From Hydrolagus affinis (taxonomy: Eukaryota), in NCBI GenBank assembly GCA_012026655.1, contig JAAILG010000100.1, positions 62,001 to 126,000 on the forward strand: a DNA stretch of 64,000 bases, in the 5' to 3' direction. Of the stretch, positions 13,233 to 24,952 are shown piece by piece. The position numbers were made by a program, and so were the translations under genes. How positions within the stretch are numbered: position 1 is the first letter of the stretch; every line of letters starts with the position of its first letter. Below the pieces are notes generated by a model. The model saw nothing but the letters and a program-made list of their open reading frames with translations. It made no database searches and was not told the origin of the DNA.

Positions 13233-13367
13233 GTTTCATGTGTGGTACATAACTTTAAAGGAAGACATACAGTAAATGAAAAACTGCAGACTGACCACCT
13301 GGCCAACATGCCTTTGATCACGCTACCACACTTGGAAAGTCCTTTAGGAAAAATTAGTGCAGTACAG
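13233..13367 (+). CDS. PLPPR5: PLPPR5 coding exon 5 (135 nt): VSCVVHNFKGRHTVNEKLQTDHLANMPLITLPHLESPLGKISAVQ
   Basis: Translated by hand (not in the ORF track). Boundaries ggaaag| ... cag|gtaagt, phase 0/0. Aligns with the recalled PLPPR5 C-terminus (CVVNNFKGR...MPMISIPRVESPLEK). Confidence 0.93.
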
Positions 13368-13494
13368 GTAAGTTAATAGAACAAAATCTTATCAAAATGA
13401 ACAAAGATGGTTAATATTTGCTTTGTATTTTGAAGGAAAAGGCTGAGGTTTCCACTTAACTGGAATTTGTTTTGTGAGATTTGTTCTTTTATAT

Positions 13495-13600
13495 TGGAAC
13501 GTAGGAACAGGAGCAGGCCATTCAGCCCCCTCAAGCCTGTTCTGCCATTCTATTTGGATGATCACAGCTGATATGTACTTCAACTCCAATTATCCTCACT
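13495..13600. mobile_element. CR1-like LINE relic (further degenerate CR1-like sequence probably at about 12030-12300 and 13780-14230)
   Basis: aggaacaggagcaggccattcagcccc.tcaagcctgttctgccattc is recalled from chondrichthyan CR1 elements and recurs at about 48880 and 63400. Confidence 0.55.
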
Positions 13601-14360
13601 CGATAGTAGTCTTTTCCACTGGTGAATAGGTTGACAGAAGAAGCAGTGGTCATTGACGAATCTGTCTTCGCCCAGTCATAGGCAACAGCTCTAAGATATT
13701 TCAGCACAATGGCCTAAAGCCTGAGGAAATGAGAAGAGTAGGCATACAACTGCAAACACTGCACACAAGCACAGAACTTGCGAATAAAAAAAAATGCTAA
13801 TATATCAGTGTTGAGAGTCATCAAAAAAAAGGCATCACCACTTTCATGAGAGGAAATCGAGATCTTGGATACATTAATTATTTGGATTGGGATACTAAGA
13901 GGTTTCATGTAGCATGGAACTGGGGTAACACTATATAATGAAGAAGATTGCAAAAATAAATCAGGAAGACAGGAGCTTCCAGAATGGACAGATAGATGCC
14001 GGATGACGTTCAATATAAAATAATTCCTTCTTGGAGGAGGAATAAAGAATTTGCTTTATTTATCCCCAGATTCTTCTTGCTCACAACTATAAAAGTACTA
14101 TAGTAGCATAAGTGGGCAAGGCCATAAACAAATACAACTAGACCTTGGCTTTATGTCCTGAAGAATAGAGTAGAGAAGTAAGGAAGCAATTCCAATTTCT
14201 ATAAATTCTGGGTTAGTTCATACCTGGACAGTGGACAGTGCTGAAATGAATTTCAAAACAAAATCCAAAAATAAGAATAAGTGGCACTGTTACAAGAGAG
14301 TTGATATGGACTAGGGACAAATGCTGAGTTACTCCACCCTTGTCTATCAATAGGTGCTGC

Positions 14361-14414
14361 ACCAACAATAAAATTACATTTATAGAGCACCTTTCACGTT
14401 GGGAGGACTTCCCC
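14361..14414 (-). mobile_element. L2-like 3' tail
   Basis: caacaataaaattacatttatagagcacctttcacgttgggaggac. Confidence 0.7.
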
Positions 14415-15326
14415 GTAGGAAATACTGAACTGAGAAGCTAGTAGCTTTCCATGACATTGCTGTACATTAGATGAAGCATTAGACATGACAATGTAGTTAA
14501 CATGCTATACATCTTAGTAGAAGACTGAAGGCCAAACACTTTTATCAGGTGGGTTCCATTTCCATTTAATTCCTTGAAGCACAGGAGAGTGTGAGGGACA
14601 GCTAGCGTAGCCCACACCTCCCCTGAAAATTCCTAATGCTTCCCTTGTGATTGTAGAGTTAATTTCCAGCCTGATGCTCTTTTTGGTAATAATAATTTTT
14701 AAAGTGTCTAATTTTGAAATACCTTTGCCTTTTTCCTTCCTCCGAGACAGAGAAAATTTCTGTAACTCTCAATGAAAGAATCTGAAAATAAAACGCCTAC
14801 ATGTTTTATGCTGAATTGGGCCTTAAGGTGAATTTGGGTAATATTGCAGTTAGAATACATGACGTAAACAGCCAGAAGTGCCCTCAGATGATTGGATCTC
14901 TTTTCCTAGATCCTGACAGAAGAAACCAGGGTAGGAAATACATTCTCCTGGTCAGGAAGCTGCCAGCGTGCTTCTTATAATAGGCACGGTTCAAAGCTAC
15001 ACTGACTAGTAGAAACAAATGTCTGTATTTTATGTGATTTTCGTGACGTTTAGGAGTCTCGGGGGGGGTGGGAGAAAAGGATAAAATCATGAAGTGTGGA
15101 CAATTGTGGAACTCGAGGGCTCAGACTGATCGCAGGTCAAGTCATAAAGCCGAGAGTTATGTTATTGCCAGATTGTGGTGCATTACCAATGTGATATTCT
15201 GTGCACTTTCTTCAAAGATGAGTTGCTGTAGTCTCTTGTTAAGGGAGGAGCTGATTTTTGACTCTGGTTTACATTGGAGACTGTTTCTTGCTGGAGGTGA
15301 GACACCTTGCAAGGAACAAGGAATCG

Positions 15327-15657
15327 GGAGCTCTTGCAGCTCAATGGTTAGAACACTTGTCTTGCAAGCTGGGGAGACCAAGCTGGAGAGACCTATGTTC
15401 GAATTGAGGCAGGTCAGGGTGAAACCTTGGGCAAGTTTCCTTACTCGACCACCTAATAATGATCCCTCCAAAAAAAAACACAATAATAAAATCATTTCGA
15501 TCTACAACTGTTTGAGGGACGTTGTTGTGTGCAATTGGCTGCCGCAATTCGCCCACAAATATACAGTCAATTCACTTTACAGTATATTCTGTGAAGCGCT
15601 TTGGGACGTCGATAAGATGTGAAAGCGCTATATCAAATGCATGTATTATTATTTATT
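15327..15657 (+). mobile_element. Full-length tRNA-SINE copy, PLPPR5 intron 5
   Basis: Same head, body and tail as the other copies. Confidence 0.9.
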
Positions 15658-17460
15658 ACATATATTACAAAAAATAATCATTTTGGATTGTGCTTTTCAC
15701 ATTAAGCCAAACATTTAAAAGTGTTTTACAAAATACAAGAAGAGTTAAATAAAGACAGTGTGAGCTGAAGTGTTAAAACATTTTTGGAATTGTCGCTTTT
15801 TAAAAAAATTAAAATCCTAAACAGATAAAGTACAGACAAAAATCCATTTCAACCCATTTAATCTATACCACTACTACATCATCCAAGTCTTCTAAAACCC
15901 AATTAGTGAATATTAGTACTTAAGATGTTCAACAGCAATATTAAGTTGTTCTTTAGTACAGTATCAACATTTGTGAGCTGACAATGTTACAGCAAATAAA
16001 GGCTTGGAATTTCCCTTGAGATGATAAGGAATCTTAATAATGGATTTTTAAAAAATATATATTTTTAGCTAATATTCCTTCATTTTTCTCGAACTGCAAA
16101 AATCACTGCAGATCCATGTGAATGTGATGCTGACGAGTTCTGATTCGCTTCCGCGGGCCTCGTCAACAAGTTTGGCTGAACATGTAGAACTCCTAAAAAC
16201 GCAGCCATCTCATTTTGAACAAAAATGGTCTCAGCAATTAAATCAGGAGAAATATGTCTTTCTTTACCTTGAGTGTGCATTAAATAGACGGCACGCCATT
16301 TCTTGAAATAACCTTTCATAAAATAAGGACTAGGTAGTCCCCTCACAGTTTTTTTGTGACAACATAGGAATGTTCACACTGAATATCCATTCTCCATTCG
16401 TCAAGCATAACTACATTAGAAATTGAAGTAGGATTCCTTCTTCAAAATGAAGTACATTTTAAACCAATTACTGTGGAGAAACTAGTCTGAGTGTTGCCAA
16501 GGCAGCAAAGTATTAGCTCTGATCAGTTATCCACATTTGACGAATCCCTGATCGCAAGCTATTACAATAGGGAATTAAATACAACTTGGAGAGATTATGA
16601 AAGCCATTATTTTTTTAAAATATTGATATTTGCTTCCAAAATAGTCCCTGGGATTGATGGATCCAAAATGAAAAGAACTTCAAAGCTTACATATTTTTTA
16701 TTTACATTAGATATAATATAATTCAGTTGGCCACAAGATTAAAATAGCTATTCACTTTGATCCAGTCAATGATTGTAGCATGACATTTTACTCACTATAG
16801 ATTTGAAGATTCAAAATCTATTGAATTATTTTGGATTTGAGGGTTGTAAATGCTCAGTTTGCATTCATGTGACTTATCCAAATCACATTTGTAAAAATAT
16901 TGCCCACCTACAGTACCAAAATTCTTTTAACAGAATTGTTTTGCAGAGTGTTTTCCAAAAATAAATGAGCTATTTGAATATGTAAAATGTTTGGAAAGCT
17001 AGCAATTGTCTTACTATCAAACTTCATCTCAAAGGGCTCAGATGGGGTTTGTCATTCCATACTTTTGTTCAAAGTATTGTTCTTGGAAGATTTGTGCCAA
17101 TGAAGCAATGAAGAGCTTTATTTTGTTTTATTAGGGACACTGTATATTTTCTGTTGCAGAAAGGCAAGGCAAAGGTTACATACACTAGGTTTATTTTCAA
17201 AAGTTCTGTATAAAAGGTTAAGTAACAAATGAACATCTGTACATGCATTCATGTTGCATTGCTTTCTTTTGTTGCAGGATGTTTATCCAATCTATGCTTA
17301 CAAAAGGTAAAAGAGTTATATGAATCTAGGTTCCAAAAGCATTTAAAAAAACGTATTGGATAATTATAGCAGTAGGATAACCAATGCAGTAGCAACAACG
17401 TAGTTTCTACGCTATTTGTCAAATGTGAAAACAAATGTCAAAGTCTGTTTCAATTACTCA

Positions 17461-17719
17461 ACCCAGGCAGGTCAGGACAAAAACCTTGGACAAATTTCCT
17501 TACTCCACATGCCTAATAATAATCCCTCCAAAAATGTTTCCAAATAAAATTGGTCAATTCAATCCACGACTGTTTGTGGGACACTGCTGTGCGCAATTGG
17601 CTGCCGTGTTTCGCCCACAAATGTACAGTCAAATCACTTTACATTATATTCTGTGAAGCGCTTTGAGACGTCTAGAAGACGTGAAAAGCTCTATATCAAA
17701 TGCAAGGATAATTATTATT
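17461..17719 (+). mobile_element. 5'-truncated tRNA-SINE copy
   Basis: Begins after the B box (ccaggcaggtcagg); body and tail intact. Confidence 0.88.
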
Positions 17720-18410
17720 AATGCTACCTCAAGGGTTATACCTGGAGGGATGCATCTTGCTTACCTAAATGCAGAAAGCATTAACCTGAGCCTAATATTT
17801 TCCACTATTAGTAGAGTGAGCATGTTGTTCCAGACAAGCAAAATCTCTGCAGGCAAATAACATGCGTATCTGCACTCTGCCTGATTTGGATCCTCTTAAG
17901 CGTCACTGTGGGGTTCCATGTGTGTTAGACACACGACAAAACCAAACAAAAGTATCAATCAAGTAATGTTAAGTCTGATCACACAGTGTTTGTTCATCCT
18001 ATTAAACCTAGACAAAATGGATTTGCTCATTCTATCAATAAATGTAAAGCAGCTTTATTCAATTTTGGAAAAACAAATTCCCCACAGCTAATTGTTGGTG
18101 ATGTGAGTAATTCAGAATAATTCAATTAGTCAACCAAGCAGTCTGCTACCCCCAAATGATTTTTTTTGACAAGTAAAACAACCAATTTATATAAGTAATG
18201 GGATTTGAATGTTTATCAACAACATTTAAACAGATTTGAAGTATTTTCACTATTTTTCAAGGGCTAGTTATGCAAAATGAACCTGTTTGTATGGCAGTTT
18301 GTTTGTTTTTTTGAAAAAAGCACCTTTACACTGCATACAAATGTGTCCATCCAAGGGCAAAAACCAAAGGCTGCCCAACAGATACTCTGCATTTAATCAT
18401 TTAAGAAAAA

Positions 18411-18730
18411 GTGGAGTCCTGCAGCTCAGTGGTTAGAGCACCCGCCTTGCAAGCTTGAGACCTGGATTCGATTCCAGGCACGGAGAAAAACCTTGGGCAA
18501 GTTTCCTTACTCCACATGCCTGATAATAATCCCTCCCCCCAAAAAAAACATAATAATAAAATTGGTCATTTCAATCCATGACTGTTTGTGGGATACTGCT
18601 GTGCGCAATGCTGCCGCGATCGCCCACAAATATGTACAATCAATTCACTTTACAGTACATTCTGTGAAGTGCTTTGAGACATCTAGAAGACGTGAAAATG
18701 CAACGATTATTAGTATTCCTATTATTATTA
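18411..18730 (+). mobile_element. Full-length tRNA-SINE copy ending about 95 nt upstream of the PLPPR5 last exon
   Basis: Runs from gtggagtcctgcagctcagtggttagagc to an (att)n tail. Confidence 0.9.
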
Positions 18731-18824
18731 TCTCTATTAAAACAAACAGCAACCTGATTTGCCGAGTGTTGGTGCCTGACTGGAGGCAACGGACCCGAGC
18801 CTGACCCTGTTTTGTCACTTACAG

Positions 18825-18857
18825 AATCATGCCATCGCCTTCGCAGAAGTCACATGA
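18825..18857 (+). CDS. PLPPR5: PLPPR5 terminal coding exon 6: NHAIAFAEVT*
   Basis: Acceptor ttttgtcacttacag|aatcat, TGA at 18855-18857. Matches the conserved C-terminus NH..AFAEVT. Confidence 0.93.
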   Translation, partial: NHAIAFAEVT

Positions 18858-21030
18858 TCTTCAGCCGGAGGTCTGCTCTCCCCGTTGGACATCTTCACTC
18901 TTTACGGTTCAATTGTCACATTTGGGATGAAATCCAAGAGCCAAATTCGCTTCGAACAAGGCAAATTCACAGAACTGGTTTATTCCTTCACCGCGTTAAC
19001 AAGCGATTTGATTTTGATGGCACACTGAACATTCCTAGTAGTTCAAGCACATTGCACCATTTTGGAGGAGTGGGAAGCAAACATTTTGTCGTTATCTGCA
19101 TTTAATACTGTTATTCGTGCAGAGTGATGCTCACGTCGTTTCCGATTATTGCTAAACCATGCAACACATAAGCTGTTCCAGACTTTCAGGTACAATCCAA
19201 GGTTTTTTTTTTGTAGGAAAAGACAAAAATACACAGGAACCTTTTTGAAAGAAATGCCTATTTTGTATTCTGTGTGTTGCGAGAAATGAATATCTGTCAA
19301 GCAATACTGCATGAAAAGCAATGTGATTTATAAAATTCTTATTTTAGTCCTTACGTCCACCAGTCAATTTGATTTTATTACATTGAATCTCTCCACAAAG
19401 GACATAGACTAAATCAAGAAACAAAATCACATTTAATATTGAGATTGTATGGTACCTTTTCTAAATAATGTAAAAGTTGATGTACAAGTTGCTCCCTTAT
19501 TTATTTTTTATTTTTTGAGTCGTCTCTCACCTATGCCACATGAGGCTGCAACACAGAATATTTCAGATTTACTGTAATTATCTTTTTTTCACTAGAATAG
19601 TATGGGAATATAAAAGATTTCTAGTTTTTTAAAACTGCAACATAATTATTTTACTTGGAAAAGTTAACACCCAAGTTCATTGGAACTACTATCTGGAAGA
19701 CAAAAGAACAGTAATATTGTAGTCAAATTAAATGACATGGTTAGTTTCAGTAATCTCAACAAACATTCAGTCTAGTGTGAAGATAATAAACAGTTCCATT
19801 AAAACCTATATCTGTCAAAATCATGAACACCTTAAGAATCCTCATGTTAGGAAATCATCTTGACAGTTTTATTTTTTTTTAAATTAAAAAATGTACATTT
19901 CACCCACAAAATGTACAGTCAATTTATTTTACAGTATATTCTGTGAAGCGATTTGAAGCGTGTCAAAGACATGATGAGGCACTATATCAAATGCAAGGAT
20001 TATTATTTTTATTGTATAGTATTCCAATAAATCCCAAAAGAAAATTTGGGCAAGTTTCCTTACTCCACACTCCTCTGTTTACCTAACAGTAAATAGAAAC
20101 CTGGTTATTAGCCGATTAATAAATCGCTTTCCTGGGGCCCTTAAAAAAAGTATAATAATAATTTGGCCACTCAATCCACGACTGTTTGTGGGACACTGCT
20201 ATGCCACAGTTAGTTTCCATGCTTAGTTTCAATGGATTCACACTCAACGATGTTTGCCATTTAAATCACAGTTATCAATGTTTTTTTTATGCTTTAGAAA
20301 CTATAATTTTACTATAATTTCATAAGAACTCTGAAAAATCACACTGTAATAAGTTTCTAGTGAGGTTGAAATATATACAGTATTCAAAATTATATATGCA
20401 TTTAAGTTGTTCTCAAAACATCAGTATTGGAATTTCGCTGAATTTAATAAATTCTGCTGGAATTTGCTTATTTTTAATAAGTTTAACAATTTTCATTCTA
20501 AAAATATTGTGACTGCTTCTATTTTGTATATGTGGCACTTAATGGCAATTTTGTACAGGCCAATCATTGGAATGGACCAATGGAAATAATATCAAGGCAA
20601 AATAAATAGGAACATTTTGGACAGTATTATGCTTTCCGATAAGATGAAAGTAAAGGCAGGGATCCATACTGTACAAATTAATATTGCATGTGGACTGAGA
20701 CTGTCTTGTAAAGTGCTGTTTCACACAAAAATGACTATTTTAAGTGTTATTTATGTTCCTTTGTATTAATGTCACAATCACAGATGTTACCCGGGAGTAC
20801 ATGAAGAGTACACATTCTACAAATTTTGTAAAAATTTACTAATATTGTACAAAAATTCTTTTTAAAAAGATAACACGATTGACACGATCTGTTTACAGCC
20901 AAATGCATTTTCTTCGTCTTCTATAAGTACAGACATGTGGCTTCTTTGATTTTTGTTTTTCCTCTGTGGTTCACTTTTACCGAGTTGCAAATATAATAGT
21001 TTGATAATAAAAATAAGCCAGCTATGTTTG
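18858..21030 (+). other. PLPPR5: Putative PLPPR5 3' UTR; candidate AATAAA at 20601 and 21006, with more at about 21470-21510
   Basis: AU-rich sequence after the stop codon with several AATAAA hexamers. The true 3' end cannot be fixed from sequence alone. Confidence 0.4.
19896..20205 (+). mobile_element. Two SINE fragments downstream of the PLPPR5 stop: a 3' half (19896-20010), then a central fragment of a longer variant (20045-20205)
   Basis: Tail atatcaaatgcaaggattatt, then ttgggcaagtttccttactccac + ~60 extra nt + tcaatccacgactgtttgtgggacac. Confidence 0.8.
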
Positions 21031-23149
21031 ACAGTTTAGTTATTCAATAGGTATGTAGATATGGATAGATGTTTAAATATGTATGTACAAAAAAGAAATG
21101 CAGCATCTGTTTATTTAGATTGTATCTCCCTACACCTTAATTCTGATGCATTCCCTCTCTGGTAGTATGCAATAATTGAGCTATGGTAACATGGCTTTCA
21201 GCTGTGCCATCTCTGTTTATTGAATGCACTGTTCAGCTGTTGTGTGTAAATTCCAATGGTACATTTATATAGTGCTATTTTCCTGAAAGATAAAAAAAAA
21301 TGCAATATTTAGAGATTAAATATAAACCTTCAGAATTAGTAATCACAGAACCACAGATATATTTTATGTTAATGCATATAACTTTGCTACATAAAACATT
21401 ATACATTATAGTGTAATATGAAATTGATTACACAGCAAGCCAATGGGCTAATGCTTGAAACAGATTAAATAAATCAGAATAAACCTTCCAAAAGGCTACA
21501 ATAAACACATTCAGTTAAAGAATTCGGATTCTGTGCTTTTAAACTTCAACTAATACAGTTCTCATTTTTGGATATTCCAATTCTCACAATGCAACCAACA
21601 GCATTTATTTAAGTTACGTGGCAAGTTTGAGACCAAAGTACTGTCCTTTGAAAAGGAAAACGAACGATTTGAATTCACTGTGTTAGTTGCTGGTTAACTA
21701 TTTTATGATATCATCCAACAGAAAAGTGCTCCAACAGAAATCTGACACTAAATAGCACGTAAAAGAAACAGATGTAATATAATCATAACAGGATTTTTAA
21801 ATGAAAGCCATTACAATTTGCGGAAAGCTACCCTGTGTGGTTTGAAACATTTGATAGTAATGAATAAACTGGACTTCAATGTACCTGACCTGGGTTTTTT
21901 GGGGGTTTGATTTTGAAATGTTGCCGTCTCTTTGTTTTGATGGAAATTCATGAGGAACCACTGACAACCTGTTTTTGAAAGGGAATAATAAACATGACTC
22001 TCGTGTTAATGGGACATCTAATTGTTAATAGCAGTGTACTCAGTGATTAAGAGGGATCAATTATCTATAACTACAAAATATAATTGTGGAGTTCAATACA
22101 TCTACACAATCCCTTTTTTTTTTGGATCGCTGAACAAATGGTTGTTTCAAACTACAAATCTTTATACAAATTTGGATTCACATCCAGTACTGCAGAATGT
22201 GTATTTTTTTTAAAAAAAGGATACATTAATATGGTCGTAAATAATGTCGTTCTTTATAACCCAGTGTGATTACCTTGCACGCAGCAAGCCATCCCCAGTT
22301 AAGATTGCTTTGCGTTTAGAATCTCTTATTTGTTTACTCAGACATTTTTGGCACATCTTTCAAAGCTGCTATTTTCCAGCATCGATCAGAATCTGGGGAA
22401 TATGTAGGAAATTGATCTGTACATTTTTCATGTTCTCAGTATTCGCAGATAAGCCATCGAATGGTACGAGAAAGCATCTATCAATACAAAACGCAACTTC
22501 AAATTGATGTTGCAACGGGTTTGTAGTGATTGATTCAAAGCGTAGACTTTTTGTTGAATCCTATGCATTGCAGAAACAATATTGTGGATAATTGAAGAAG
22601 TCACATAGGGCTATTAGATATATTAGTCGAACTCTGCAATTCAGGAATACGGAACACTTTAATTCCATTTAGTGAAAGATCACTCATCAACCGGGATGAG
22701 CGGTTTAGGGTTTGGGAAATATATTAAGTAAATTGGTTTTCCACAGAGTTTGCTTCTGCAGTATCTGTCCATAATTCAGCCACAATCAGATGGATGGTTA
22801 TCTTGAAACAGGGTGATTGTAGCAAGCCGAACAGTTGGGATTTCCATTAGATTCTTTCTTTGAATAAACTCCACTAAATGTTGGTGGTGTAAACATATTT
22901 ACCACAGGCAACTTTATCACAGTGTCTCTATTTTTCATACTTGTTATATCTGATGACTATTAAATGCTACAACAATGATATGTTTGCTACAGTATCAGTT
23001 ATCTGAATCCAAAATACTGTGTTTGATTGTCGGTTTGTTTGTCATACACAATCTGTATTGATATGACTTTTAACTTTCATTTATGTGATTTGTAGTGTTA
23101 CACAGTATTATACAAAGCCCTTTTTTTGTTAAACTGTGTATTCTTCTTC

Positions 23150-23432
23150 CCAGCTCTTCCCTCCACAAGTTGCAGATCATCTAGAACTCTGCAGCTCGTG
23201 TCCACTCCCGCACTAAGCTCTCCGACCACTCCCACCCTCGCCTGGTTCCATTGGCCTCCCCATCCCCCAGAGGATCGAATTCAAAATCCTTGTCCTCACT
23301 TTCATGGCTATTCACGGCCTCCCCGCACCCCTACACTGCCCCTCCCTCAGGCTCAGGTCCTAACTGTTCAGCGCCTTGGGACGTCCTCCCGACATGAAAG
23401 GCTCTCTATCAATGTAATTTTGCTATGTTGTT
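23150..23432 (+). mobile_element. L2-like LINE 3' fragment with an ORF2 C-terminal remnant
   Basis: Frameshifted remnants NSAARV / P.LA..HW.P.PQRIEFKILVLTF, typical of the L2 ORF2 end, then the family tail cagcgccttgggacgtcctcccgacatgaaagg. Confidence 0.8.
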
Positions 23433-24952
23433 CTGACATTATTTTTTTTTAACCTACAATACCTTCGATTAGAAATGCTATTCTACAGTGAATAATCCTC
23501 GTTGCACTATTACGCCGTCGGTTTGTGAAGGATTGTGGAATTTACTTTTCATTATCACTATCCAAAAAAGCTGCTTCGATGTCAATCAATAGAAACATCT
23601 TCTATCTATAGTATCTGACATCACACTGATCACAAGAGGTACACATTGCTCAACTCGGCTATGTTCCATACTTGATCTTTCAAGTGATTCAAGATGGCAA
23701 TAATGCAGTGTATAGATGTCACATTCTCGCCTCTTTAATTGGAATAACAGTTGTCCATATATTTATTCACCGAGTTGAAGATGTGTTCGTCTGGTTGAAG
23801 GATCAGTTCTATTCTAAGAACTACGCACACATTTTTAGTTAAGCTTCGTTGCAATGGCAACTTTCAATTTCCTGACTATTGAAAGCCCTTTCATTTCTCC
23901 AGACAACTATTGTACTTAGCTTGAGTTATGTTAGCCTTGGTTTAACCGCCACAAAATCATATTTCAGATGTAATATCACAATTACAGTTATTAGAAAGGA
24001 TTCCCAAGAGTCATGTAAATTGCTAGCACACATGAATAACCTTCAGATTGTTTTATAACATTTTCTGCAGCTGTTTGGCTTTCAGCACAGGTCACGTAAG
24101 CATTATTTGGAAAGGCTCAAATTTGGTCTTGCAAGACCAGGGCTGAAGTTTAGATGGATCTTCAGCTATTTAAAATCTAAACTTGCACAAAACAGTATTA
24201 ATGACAGTGCCGAAATGTCAGCACACAAGATATGAAATACGCGTTTGAATCTAGACTGTTTGTGATCCATATCTATGGTGATTGGCTGTCAAAAATCACG
24301 TATTTTGTGCACTGTTGTGTTTTGTGCACTCATTTTCATGTTAGCAAAGCTAAATGCATCTTATTGCTATAAAAATTATTAAAAGTACTAAGATTGTGGT
24401 TCGAAGAATTAGTTTAAATTGTGAGTCGCAGTGCTACTTTCTGAGTTTGATAATATTGGGCGGGAAATAAGAAATTAGCTCCTTTAATTGCCATTAGATT
24501 TTAATTCTCTTATCAACAAGAATTTGCAGGAGAAACATCAAACAGCTCCACCCCTTTAATTACATTGCTCTGCGGCTAGATGCTTTGAAGTAAGAGAGGT
24601 CACGAAATCAATTATTCCACAATGGAGGATCAGTTGTGCTCTCACAATCACCCGATAAAACATTTTATATTTCCGTGTTTGGGAGAATGTTTCTGTCAAG
24701 TAAGGAAGTGAGGAAATGGCTCCAAGTGGTAAAGCAACACAGTGCTTCAGCTGTCTAAGGATTTCACCACTGATCCTTCATGATCAGAATAGTGCATCCG
24801 TAGTCGCGGCTTTTCAGATCAACGGGGATTTGGGTTGCTGTTGATCAGTTGTTAAACCAGCCTAAAAATGGGTAAGAAAAGGTTTCCCAATGTTGTAACA
24901 TCAAAAAGTGCTTCACAGTAAATCATAGCAAGTTTAGTGATTTTTTTTTGCT

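Noticed and set aside
15068-15622. 184-aa ORF, and recurring peptides such as SIHDCLWDT and [16 protein letters not shown] in many short ORFs
   Set aside because: These are translations of SINE copies in different frames, not a protein family.
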